Below, piece by piece: positions 29,179 through 38,590 of a stretch of DNA of 64,000 nt (its first letter is position 1; every line of letters starts with the position of its first letter). The stretch is from NCBI GenBank assembly GCA_963422375.2, contig OY729428.2, positions 2,656,001-2,720,000 on the forward strand. Reading direction: 5' to 3'. The notes under the pieces are model-generated. The model worked only from the letters and a program-made list of their open reading frames with translations. It was not told the origin of the DNA and searched no databases. This DNA comes from Bryobacterales bacterium (GTDB lineage Bacteria > Acidobacteriota > Terriglobia > Bryobacterales > UBA6623). Both the position numbers and the translations under genes were made by a program.

Positions 29179-29903
29179 CGGAAGACCCAGATTCCCCGGG
29201 ACCGCAGACCTTCAACCGCAACCGATGCAGATCGCGCCGCTAGATTCGCATCGGCGGGCTCGACCAGCGGCCGCCCGGACTGGCTGGAGTACCAGCTCAC
29301 AGGGAGCGACGCTAGGTTGTACGCTAGCAGCTCTCGTTCCGGTCCGGTGAGAGCATTCACCGCATCCGTGAGTGCTCCCCGACAGTGCATGGCGGCCCAT
29401 GCGAGGTCGTACACGTCCCGGGCAGGAAAATCGCCCCTGCGAGCCATTCTATGGACGAGCTTTTTCGCCAGAATCTCGGAAACGGACTCCAAGCGGATTC
29501 GCGTGCCGTGCGCGACTTGGCGGGAGATGGGATTCGCCGTTAGCGATACGGAACGCATCCACGAAACCGAGCCCAGCGGCTCGTCGAACTGGAGTTCCGC
29601 ATAGTCCCTGTCGAAGCTGGCGCACACGAAGCCCGGAAGCGTTCGGACGACATCTCGCAAGAGGCCTTGCCGCTCGGAATACAGAGATTCCGGATCATCT
29701 TCCAGCAGGAACAGGTCGATATCAGTGCTCAACCGGTGCTTCCATCGGGCCGCCAACGCGGTCCCTCCGCCAAGGAACAGCCTCTTCGCGCCAAGGAATG
29801 TATGCAGAGTCGGATAGACCAAGTCGAGCAGTTTCTGCGCGCTGGCTGGCAGGCGCACATCGGCAAGAGGATTGCAGGCGCCGGCCTTGCCCTGGCCTTG
29901 CAT
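29175..29903 (-). CDS. AbiEii/AbiGii-family nucleotidyltransferase toxin
   Basis: LFLGGGTALAARWKHRLSTDIDLF, EILAKKL, ARDVYDL motifs. Confidence 0.88.
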   Translation of the reverse strand: MQGQGKAGACNPLADVRLPASAQKLLDLVYPTLHTFLGAKRLFLGGGTALAARWKHRLSTDIDLFLLEDDPESLYSERQGLLRDVVRTLPGFVCASFDRDYAELQFDEPLGSVSWMRSVSLTANPISRQVAHGTRIRLESVSEILAKKLVHRMARRGDFPARDVYDLAWAAMHCRGALTDAVNALTGPERELLAYNLASLPVSWYSSQSGRPLVEPADANLAARSASVAVEGLRSRGIWVFR

Positions 29904-30271
29904 GTCTGGCGTTCGTCGTCGGGAGACCGGAGGTCCGCGGGACACGGCCACCCCTCGGGACTAACACCGTACCGTAGCAGAGGCACCGAGGGCGATCGGA
30001 CGCCCGAGCTGGCAAGCCACCAACTACAAGGGCGCCCGGGGAGACCGGAATGCATCCACGGAGCAGTGATCCGGCATTGAAGTCGTGGCCTCGGGCCGCG
30101 CCCAGACTAGAGTCGCGACCGAGACGCAGAAGGCTCGCCAACCGAGAGCTGCCACGGTGAGGCGCAAGCAGGCAGAATGGATCTGGGGCGCTTCGATGCA
30201 GAGGAGTCCGGCTAGGATTGGGGATCTTGGGTGCTGCACGATTCTCCGGCCAACCAATCGCTTGGCCGCGC

Positions 30272-30300
30272 CCCGCATTCCCACACGGTGGGAATGCGGG
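30272..30300. repeat. perfect 13-bp stem hairpin (REP-like or terminator-like)
   Basis: CCCGCATTCCCAC-ACG-GTGGGAATGCGGG. Confidence 0.7.
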
Positions 30301-31720
30301 CAAAGGCCCTCGACACAGGCGTCCGCTCGCTGTCGAATGCACTCCGGCCTAACCGGAAAGATGCACCGGAGGCGGAACCATCTAGACCGGCGCGATTTCC
30401 CTGTCCATTGGCTCGTGAGGATTCAGCGACAACCGCCGCGAACACAGAAACTTCAGCGAGCAGAACTGCGCTGGTCTGGAGACCGTCGACGCTTGGCATC
30501 CGGAGCCCGTGACACGCTCAACCTCACACGCTCGTCGGGCCGCCGCTAGAGTGCCGTCTCCTGCCACAGCTTGATGCTGCGGACGATAGCATCGTCTAGC
30601 CAATCGGAGAATCGCTCCCTCGCTTCGTCCAAAAACTCCTTGTAGTTGATCAGGAAAACGCCGTCTGTCAATGAAATCACCGGGCCAATTTCCCGCTGGA
30701 CTCCCTCCGATACCACACGCTGGAACCACAACGAAGAACAGGACAGTACGCCTTGGAATTCTCGTCCGATCCCGTGGAACGAGATCAATATCTCGGTTTG
30801 GGTAGTGTCGCACAGTGCCATCCGAGCCCAAGCCCGGTAAACCTGTAGATTCGCAAGATAACCTAGTTCTCTCGCGGTCTGTATGATCTGAAGTCGGTAG
30901 TAGTGGCTGCGGTTGCTGACATCCGACGCGCCGTTGGCAAAGAATCTCCAGTGGTCGAGGACTTCGGACATTTCGCGCTCCAAGTCGTCTGCCACTGCGG
31001 TCAACCGACGTTCAGCATGATCCCGTAGCGTCGCAGCGATGGGCTTGGCGGCTTCCCACTCCGCGATTGTCGAATTCTTTCTCTGTTGCAGTTGTCACCG
31101 TATCGAGGCTATCGTCTCGGAAATTCGGGTCGATTTACGGACGTCTTTGACAATATTTAGAGTGTGGATAACGTGGCTCTTCTGGAGAAATACGAAGTAC
31201 TTGATCAGCAGATTTAGGTCTCCATCATCGGCGATTTCCAATGATTCTATGTATTTCGCCCGATCTCGATCCCGCACCACTAGAGGAAACCAGCCAGCCT
31301 TGATGAACACCAGAGTTGCCAGAGCGCGAGCGATCCGTCCATTGCCGTCTTGAAACGGGTGGATCTGCGTGAACCGGTGATGCAACCAAGCTGCTTCAAC
31401 CTCAGGAGCGATCTCGCCATACAGCCGATGCATGGCAATCAACCGGTCCATCTCTGATTCGACCTGTTCCGGAGGGCAGTACTGGTGAATGGTGCCGTCT
31501 GGGCGTCTCGGGTTATTGAGCAGCCGCTTGTAGTCGCCGCGAATAAGCGCAACCGATGTCGTTCTACCGAGGGAGTCAATAACTTCGACTGTCTCCTGAT
31601 GTCTCGTCATTAGGGCGTGTAACTCCTTAATGTAGGGGAATTATATATCTGAGTGCCGAGGGAATCAAGTCGGCAAATTATCAAGCCATTATAAGATTTC
31701 ATATTTCTTCCGAATTTCCG

Positions 31721-31750
31721 TTGATATTCTGTGGTGTTTCTTGGTAGAAT
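31721..31750 (+). promoter_or_regulatory. putative transposase promoter
   Basis: TTGATA, 18 nt, TAGAAT upstream of ATG 31774. Confidence 0.5.
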
Positions 31751-31773
31751 AGTTCCAGTATGGGATGCCATAA

Positions 31774-32742
31774 ATGAAGAAATCAGGTCCCGGAAAGTGG
31801 TTCCGTAAAGGCATCACATTGATCGAAGTGATCGCCATGTTCCTCGATGACGAATCCGCGGAAAAGTGGTTCGCCTCCATGCGCTGGCCGGACGGTCCCG
31901 CGTGCCCCCACTGCCGCGGCTCCAGCGTGCAGTCCGACGCGGCCCACCCTTCGATGCCGTACCGTTGCCGCGGCTGCGGCAAGCGCTTTTCGGTGCGCAC
32001 CGGCAGCGTGATGGCCGACACCAAGCTCGGCTACCGCACCCGGGCCGTCGCCCTGTTCCTGCTGACCACCGGCATCAAGGGCGTCTCGAGCATGAAGCTG
32101 CACCGCGACCTGGGAATCGGCCGGAAGTCGGCCTGGCACCTCGCGCACCGCAATCCGCGCGTGCCGGGAGCGGGATCAGGGCCTGTTCGTCGGCCCGGTG
32201 GAGGTGGACGAGACCTGCGTCGGCGGCAAGGAGCGCAACCAGCACGAGAGCAAGAAGGCCCGCGCCGGGCGCGGGCCCGTCGGCAAGACGCCCGTGGCGG
32301 GCGCGCGGGACCGCGCCACGAACGCAGTGGCCGCGCGGCCGCTGCCGGGCACCGCCAAGGGCGACCTGCAGGGCTTCGTGCGCGCCCGCGTCGCGCCGGG
32401 GGCGCAGCTCTACTCCGACGAGGCGGCGGCCTACGCCGGCATGGAGGAGTTCCCGCACGAAGCCGTCAGGCACTCCGGCGGCGAGTACGTGCGCGGGGCG
32501 GCGCATACGAACGGCATCGAATCGTTTTGGTCCCTGTTCAAGCGCGGCCTGTACGGCACCTATCACCGGATGAGCGTCCGTCATCTCGGCCGCTACCTCA
32601 CGGAGTTCGCGGGACGGCGCAACGACCGCGACTGCGACACGGCGGAACAACGGCGGAACGGATGCGGCGCATGGCGCGGGGCTTGGTCGGCCGGACGCTG
32701 ACCTACCGGCAGCTGACCGGCAAGGCCGCGGTCGCGGCCTGA
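31774..32742 (+). pseudogene. IS1595-family transposase with two frameshifts
   Basis: Zn ribbon CPHC...YRCRGCGKRF and HTH KSAWHLAHR in one frame; DDE core VEVDET, YSDE, HTNGIESFWSLFKR in another; +1 at ~32152, +11 at ~32649. Confidence 0.9.
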
Positions 32743-33887
32743 GCGGCGCCCGCCGCGCCGAGCGCGGCAGCCCGCTGCGGGCGCGCGCTTCACGCTCGGT
32801 ACGAGGGGCGCACCGGATCCGGCATGCCCCGGCGCGACCCCAGTCCGGCCCGGACCGTCCATGCAGGCCGTCGAGCGCCGGGGATCCGCTGTCTTCGGCC
32901 CTCGCAGGGCTTGCAAGGGGTGCCCTGCCACCGCCAACCGGGTTCCACCGGGGCAGGCGAGGTGGCCTCTCTAGTCCCTTCCTCGTCCAATCCGCTGGCA
33001 GGCTCCATTCAGATACGATCCCACCCCTCCGTGCCTGCCGCGGCCGCACTCGCATGACCCGAGCTCGACACCGACCTCCCTGCTCACAGCAGTTCTAGTC
33101 GGACATGGCGTTGTCGGCACTCAGATATATAATTCCCTAATGTAGCTAGTGGATAGTTCCCGTGGCCCTTTCACGAAGTCAAACACGCCTTCGACGGCCG
33201 CCTTATGGTCTGAGATCATCGCCACGATCAAGTCGGGATTCGCGTCGCGATCATGCGGAATCAGTGCTGCGTTGATTCCTTGTTCGATGAGCATTCGAGT
33301 GATGCCGCGATCAACGGTGTAAAGACGTTCGATTAACCCGGTCTCGATGGCCCATTCGCGCTTCAAGCGCTCCATGAACTGGTGGTATGCATCCTGCCCA
33401 TCCAACCGGTCGCGCTGGTCGCGCCAGACCTGAGCAAGGGCCTTGAGGTCAGCCGTTGCGAGCTCCGCGGGCAATTCGAGATCCTTAATCGGCGTCCAAC
33501 GATGATGCACGCGTTCATTCGCATGGGTCATATCGGCATTGTAGCCCTCCACGTAGGGCCGAGGCGAGATGCGACGAGAGCAGCAGTTGCGTGTAGTACG
33601 AATGTCACGGCGGCGACGTTGTCCCATCGTGGATGGGAAGAATCCGTAAAGCGTACGGATGTTCGAATCCGACTCTGCCCGCGAGACACCCTTAGATTTC
33701 CGCGACTCCCTTAGGTTCAAGCACTTGAGTCTCTGAGGCCTGCTGCCCGAGGTGGGGCCCGATCTGGCTGACACCTTTCCCGGTGCGGAGCAATGCGCGG
33801 CCTTGGCCCGGCTAGCGCCGGGCAACAACGGGCACCTGGGCAAGCGACCATGCCAACGCGCTCTGCATAAACTGCAGGTAGGGAATC

Positions 33888-34232
33888 ATGACACGGACCG
33901 ACCATCCTCGACCGCTCGAAATCAATCGTCATGGCGCGCACGACGTCGAAATCCTCTGGAGCACGAAGGAGCGCGCCGTGTATCCCGCCCGCTTCCTGAG
34001 AGGGCAGTGCCCGTGCGCCACCTGCGTGGACGAGCTGACCGGACGGCGCATCGTCACCGAGAGTGTCCTGCCCATTCTAGTCTACCCGACCAAGATCGAG
34101 CCCGTCGGCCGCTACGCGATCCAGATCTTCTGGAGCGACAACCACTCCACGGGGATCTACACCTGGGAGCGTCTCTACGCCATGCTGCCAGAACTGCGGG
34201 CGAAGTCCACTCAGGGAAAGCCCGCGCGGTAG
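33888..34232 (+). CDS. DUF971 / gamma-butyrobetaine hydroxylase-like N-terminal domain protein
   Basis: FLRGQCPCATC, VGRYAIQIFWSDNHSTGIYTW. Confidence 0.92.
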   Translation: MTRTDHPRPLEINRHGAHDVEILWSTKERAVYPARFLRGQCPCATCVDELTGRRIVTESVLPILVYPTKIEPVGRYAIQIFWSDNHSTGIYTWERLYAMLPELRAKSTQGKPAR

Positions 34233-34242
34233 GGCCGAGGCG

Positions 34243-35955
34243 TTAGGCCCAGCGGCCCTTCTTCCCTTCCTCTGTGATGTAATCGGACGCTCGAGCAGTG
34301 ATCGCCATCATCGTCAGCGTGGGGTTCTGGCATCCGATCGAGGCCCAGGCTGCCCCGTCTGTCACGAAGACGTTGTCGACGTCGTGGGCCTGGGTCCAAG
34401 TGTTCAGGACGGACTTCTTCGGATCCGTGCCCATGCGAGCGGTGCCGACCTCGTGGATGCAGAACCCGCCCACGGACGGCTTGCCGTACATCCGCACCCT
34501 CTTGTGCCCGGTCGTCTCCAGCATTTCGGCCGCCTGCTCGCGTGCGTCGTGCCACAGCGCGAGATCGTTGTCGGACCAGTCGAAGTGGATGTCCAAGGTC
34601 GGCAGGCCCCAAGCATCACGACGATCATCGTTCAGAACCACGTAGTTCTCGTAGCGCGGGAGGCACTCGCACCAAGCCCCCAAGCCGGTCGACCAGTAAC
34701 TCTGGTCATGTACCGCTTGCTTGAAGCTGGCACCGAAGCCCTTCGCCGACATGTTGAACGAAGGTGTAGCCCCCCCCTGGAAGCCGTAGCCGCGAATCAG
34801 GCCGTTCGTATGCGGGCGGTCGATGTTTCGGAAGCGAGGCACGTACATCCCATTTGGGCGCCGAGGCATTCCCGTCCACGCTTTCGCCGTCAGTTCCGGC
34901 ATGAGTCCGGCCGCACCGCCCGTGTAGATGTGATCCATGAGGTGATGGCCGAGCATGCCGCTGGAGTTGAATTCCAGCCCGAACCTAGCCGAATGCATCA
35001 GGAGCCGCGTTGATTCCAAGGTCGAGGCGCACAGGAGGACAACTCTTGCGCGCACCTCGCGGGACGCGCGGGTCGTCCGATCTACGTAGGCCACGCCTGC
35101 TGCCCGTCCCGACCGCTGGTCGCGGGTAACGTGGCTCGCCACGGCGTCCACCACGAGGTCGCAGTTCCCGGAATCCAGCGCGGCCTTGAGGGTCGTGGTC
35201 GGGCTGTTGTAGTAGGAGTGCGTGACGCAGCCCTGCTCGCAGGGGCCGCAGTAGTGGCAGGCCTGTCGACCGTTGTGTGGCTTGGTGATGATCGCCGAGC
35301 GACCGATTGTCGCCACCCGCCCCATCCTGCTGCGAAGGCGGTTCCGGAAGAGCACCTCGCCGCAATGAAAGGGCATCGGAGGCATGAAGACGCTGTCGGG
35401 CAAGTGCTCCAGACCTTCCGGGATGCCCGAAATGCCGATGAAGCGCTCGACTTTCTCGTAGTACGGAACGAGATCCTCGTAATCGATTCCCCAGTTCTCG
35501 CCGTAGCCGTCGCGGTCCGCGCAGTGGAAATCGATGTTGCCCATGCGGTACGACTGCCTCCCCCAAGAAAGAGACCGCCCGCCAAGCACCCGCATGCGGA
35601 TCCAGTGGAACGGCTTGCCTTCCGGGGTGTGATAGGGATTCTTGATGTCGTCCGCGAACCACTTGTAGTTGGATTCCCTGCAGGCGTAGACCAGCCCTTG
35701 GACAGGACGGTTGCGCATGAGTTCGGGAGACTTCGGAATCCCTCTGACGAAACTCGAGGAGTTTCCCCGATACTTGAGGTCATAGGGCATGACGTGCTCG
35801 GTGAAGTCCGAGTCCGCGATCTTGGGACCCGCTTCGAGCACGCAGACCCTGAGGCCCGCCGAGGCGAGCTGCCAGGCTGCCACGCCTCCGGTGGCACCGG
35901 ATCCCACGATGACGGCGTCGTAGACATCCCGGTCCCGAGTGATTGCTTGCAGCAT
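34243..35955 (-). CDS. GMC family FAD oxidoreductase, copy 1 (sugar/glycoside dehydrogenase-like)
   Basis: VGSGATGG, LGGRSLSWG, CHYCGPCEQGC, HEVGTARMG, NPTLTMMA; 570 aa from ATG 35955. Confidence 0.95.
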   Translation of the reverse strand: MLQAITRDRDVYDAVIVGSGATGGVAAWQLASAGLRVCVLEAGPKIADSDFTEHVMPYDLKYRGNSSSFVRGIPKSPELMRNRPVQGLVYACRESNYKWFADDIKNPYHTPEGKPFHWIRMRVLGGRSLSWGRQSYRMGNIDFHCADRDGYGENWGIDYEDLVPYYEKVERFIGISGIPEGLEHLPDSVFMPPMPFHCGEVLFRNRLRSRMGRVATIGRSAIITKPHNGRQACHYCGPCEQGCVTHSYYNSPTTTLKAALDSGNCDLVVDAVASHVTRDQRSGRAAGVAYVDRTTRASREVRARVVLLCASTLESTRLLMHSARFGLEFNSSGMLGHHLMDHIYTGGAAGLMPELTAKAWTGMPRRPNGMYVPRFRNIDRPHTNGLIRGYGFQGGATPSFNMSAKGFGASFKQAVHDQSYWSTGLGAWCECLPRYENYVVLNDDRRDAWGLPTLDIHFDWSDNDLALWHDAREQAAEMLETTGHKRVRMYGKPSVGGFCIHEVGTARMGTDPKKSVLNTWTQAHDVDNVFVTDGAAWASIGCQNPTLTMMAITARASDYITEEGKKGRWA

Positions 35956-36524
35956 TCCGGCTAGTCTAGCAACAGCCTGGTCCGTCAACGCTGCGTCCTT
36001 CCCTGGCCTTGGTCCAGGGTGTGGTAGGCCGTCCGGAGATCCGGGGGACAGAATTCGCGCATTCCGTCTCGTCGGATCCAATTGGCACCGACTCGGATCC
36101 CTCGCGAGTGCGGCCCAAGGCCTTGGCTCCGGTTTCGTGACTTCCCGCTGCGAGCCGAATCAATTGCGACGAAGGACCGGCGCGGTGAGAACGGGACCCT
36201 CGGTACGTGGCTCGAGTGAACTACGGACCGGCACCACCAAGAGCACCCGCAGACGATGTTGGTTTCGGCGTGGCGCCGCCAAGGACTGATCCGCTGGACA
36301 ATCCGTCACCCTCCGCCGTACGGAGAAATCGAGTTTGGGCGTGACAACGCCCGGGGTCTTCCTCGCAGGACCCTCCAAGGTCTGTGGGTGGCCGTAATGG
36401 GCGAACTGCAGGTCCCGGTCGCGACAGCGTCGCCGACCTAGGCGGACTTGAATGTGAATCGCGAGCCTAGTTCGCGACCGAGCGTGCCTTAAGTTGATTT
36501 CCGGGCGCCCGAGGGCGCAGTGGG

Positions 36525-38237
36525 CTAGGCCCAGCGGCCCTTCTTCCCTTCCTCGGCGATGTAGTCAGCCGTCCGGGCAGTGATCGCCATCATCGTCAGC
36601 GTGGGGTTCTGGCAGCCCATCGAGACCCAGGCGGCTCCGTCCGTCACGAACACGTTGTCCACATCGTGGGACTGCGCCCAGGTGTTCAGGACCGACTTCT
36701 TCGGATCCGTGCCCATACGGGCGGTGCCGACCTCGTGGATGGCGAACCCGCCAATTGAAGGCTCGCCGAACCTCTGCACGTTTACGTACCCGGTGGACTC
36801 GAGCATCTCGGCGGCCTGCTCCTGAGCGTCTCGCCACAGCGCAAGTTCGTTGTCCGACCATTCGAAGTGAATTTCCAAGGTCGGAAGGCCCCAGGCATCG
36901 CGAAGGTCCTCGCTCAAAGCCACGTAATTGTCGTAGCGCGGGAGGCACTCGCAAAAGGCACCTAGGAACATCATCCAGTAGCTCTCATCGTGAACTGCCT
37001 GCTTGAACCGCGCTCCGAAACCTCTGGCGGCTAGGTTGAACGAAGGTCCGGAAAAGCCTTGGTAGCCGTAGCCGCGGATCATGCCGCCCGTCTGCGTGCG
37101 GTCGATGTTTCGGAAACGCGGTATGTAGATTCCGTTGGGGCGCTGGGGCGTTCCCATCCAAGCCTTCGCGGGCAGTTCCGGCATGACCCCCATCGCGCCG
37201 CCCATGCTGATGTGGTCCATGAGGAAATGGCCAAGCACTCCGCTGGAATCGAAGTCCAGCCCGAACTTCGCGGAATGCATCAGCAGCCGCGTAGACTCCA
37301 GCGTGGAGGCGCACAGAAGCACGACCTTCCCTCGGACTTCGCGAGGCACCCGCGTGGTCCGATCGACATAGGCCACTCCCTCAGCGCGCCCCGTGCGCTC
37401 GTCGCGGGTAACGTGGCTCGCCACGGCGTCCACCACGAGATCGCAGTTCCCGGTGTCGAGCGCGGCCTTGAGAGTCGTGGTCGGGCTGTTGTAGTAGGAG
37501 TGGGTCACGCAGCCCTGCTCGCAGGGGCCGCAGTAGTGGCAGGCCTGCCGACCGTTGTGCGGCTTCGTGACGATGGCCGTGCGACCGATCGTCGCCACGC
37601 GTCCCATCCTGCTGCGGAGACGGTTGCGGAACAGCACCTCGCTGCATTGGAAGGGCATCGGAGGCAAGTAGACGCTGTCGGGCAGCTGCTCCAAGCCCTC
37701 TGCGATGCCCGAGATGCCGATGAAGCGCTCGACGGTTTCGTAGTACGGAACGAGATCCTCGTAGTCGATCCCCCAGTTCTCGCCGTACCCGTCGCGGTCC
37801 GCGCAGTGCAAGTCCATGTTGCCCATGCGGTACGACTGCCGTCCCCACGATAGCGAGCGCCCGCCGAGCACGCGCATGCGGATCCAGTGGAACGGCTTGC
37901 CCTCAGGCGTCCGGTACGGGTTCTTGATGTCGTCGACAAACCACTTGTAATTGGATTCGCGGCAAGCGTAGACCCGCCCTTGGATGGGGCGGTTGCGCAT
38001 GAGCTCGGGCGGCTTCGGCGTCTCGCCGAGGAAGTCAGCGGAGTTGCCGCGATACTTGAGGTCGTAGGGCATCAAGTGCTCGGTGAATTCCGCGTCCGTG
38101 ATCTTGGGACCCGCCTCGAGCACGCAAATGTTGAGGCCCGCCGAGGCAAGCTGCCAGGCTGCCACGCCGCCTGTGGCACCGGAACCCACGATGACGGCAT
38201 CGTAGACATTCCGGTCGCGAGCGATTGCTTGCAGCAT
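36525..38237 (-). CDS. GMC family FAD oxidoreductase, copy 2 (tandem paralogue)
   Basis: same motifs and same length (570 aa) as copy 1. Confidence 0.95.
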   Translation of the reverse strand: MLQAIARDRNVYDAVIVGSGATGGVAAWQLASAGLNICVLEAGPKITDAEFTEHLMPYDLKYRGNSADFLGETPKPPELMRNRPIQGRVYACRESNYKWFVDDIKNPYRTPEGKPFHWIRMRVLGGRSLSWGRQSYRMGNMDLHCADRDGYGENWGIDYEDLVPYYETVERFIGISGIAEGLEQLPDSVYLPPMPFQCSEVLFRNRLRSRMGRVATIGRTAIVTKPHNGRQACHYCGPCEQGCVTHSYYNSPTTTLKAALDTGNCDLVVDAVASHVTRDERTGRAEGVAYVDRTTRVPREVRGKVVLLCASTLESTRLLMHSAKFGLDFDSSGVLGHFLMDHISMGGAMGVMPELPAKAWMGTPQRPNGIYIPRFRNIDRTQTGGMIRGYGYQGFSGPSFNLAARGFGARFKQAVHDESYWMMFLGAFCECLPRYDNYVALSEDLRDAWGLPTLEIHFEWSDNELALWRDAQEQAAEMLESTGYVNVQRFGEPSIGGFAIHEVGTARMGTDPKKSVLNTWAQSHDVDNVFVTDGAAWVSMGCQNPTLTMMAITARTADYIAEEGKKGRWA

Positions 38238-38590
38238 CGAGGCAGTCTAGCAAGTTGAACGATTAGTCGCGGCTCGACTGACGCCCCGAGGGCGCTCGGG
38301 GCAATGCGCGCGACCCCGTGTGCCGTCAGGGCACGGTGCGTCAAGGGCCGGCACGCATCGAGTGCCGCGGGACCAGTTTCGTCAGGCGGCTAGCCGGAGC
38401 TAGGCCATCACCGAGGGGATGGCAATCCCGCAGCGTCCGGTGTCGGGTGCCTCGGTCCCGGTGGCTCACGGCCCGACCCCGAGCGGCCGAGCCGAGCTGC
38501 TCTAGCCTCCGCCCATAGGGGCTAGGTGGTTTAGCGATACGACTTGAAGTGCGTGCTCACTTGTTCCGAGCGCTTTCGAGGGGTCTCGGC

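Larger units (their letters stand above)
31636..33137 (+). mobile_element. IS1595-family insertion sequence, 1502 bp
   Basis: perfect 24-bp TIRs GGGAATTATATATCTGAGTGCCGA (31636-31659 and 33114-33137); 8-bp TSD TAATGTAG (31628-31635 and 33138-33145). Confidence 0.96.
30546..33531 (-). pseudogene. Fic-domain protein interrupted by an IS1595 element and by one in-frame TGA
   Basis: Removing the IS plus one TSD rejoins LSTSYI-KELHALMTRHQE in frame (492 codons total); motif HPFQDGNGRIAR; frame continues past the TGA at 31095-31097 to the stop at 30546. Confidence 0.9.

Noticed and set aside
31095..31097. TGA in Fic as selenocysteine or programmed readthrough
   Set aside because: Lies in a helical linker, not a redox site; no convincing SECIS seen; the gene is already IS-disrupted
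35975..36520. Spacer between the GMC paralogues as a tRNA, ncRNA or small gene
   Set aside because: No cloverleaf, riboswitch consensus or credible ORF recognised by eye
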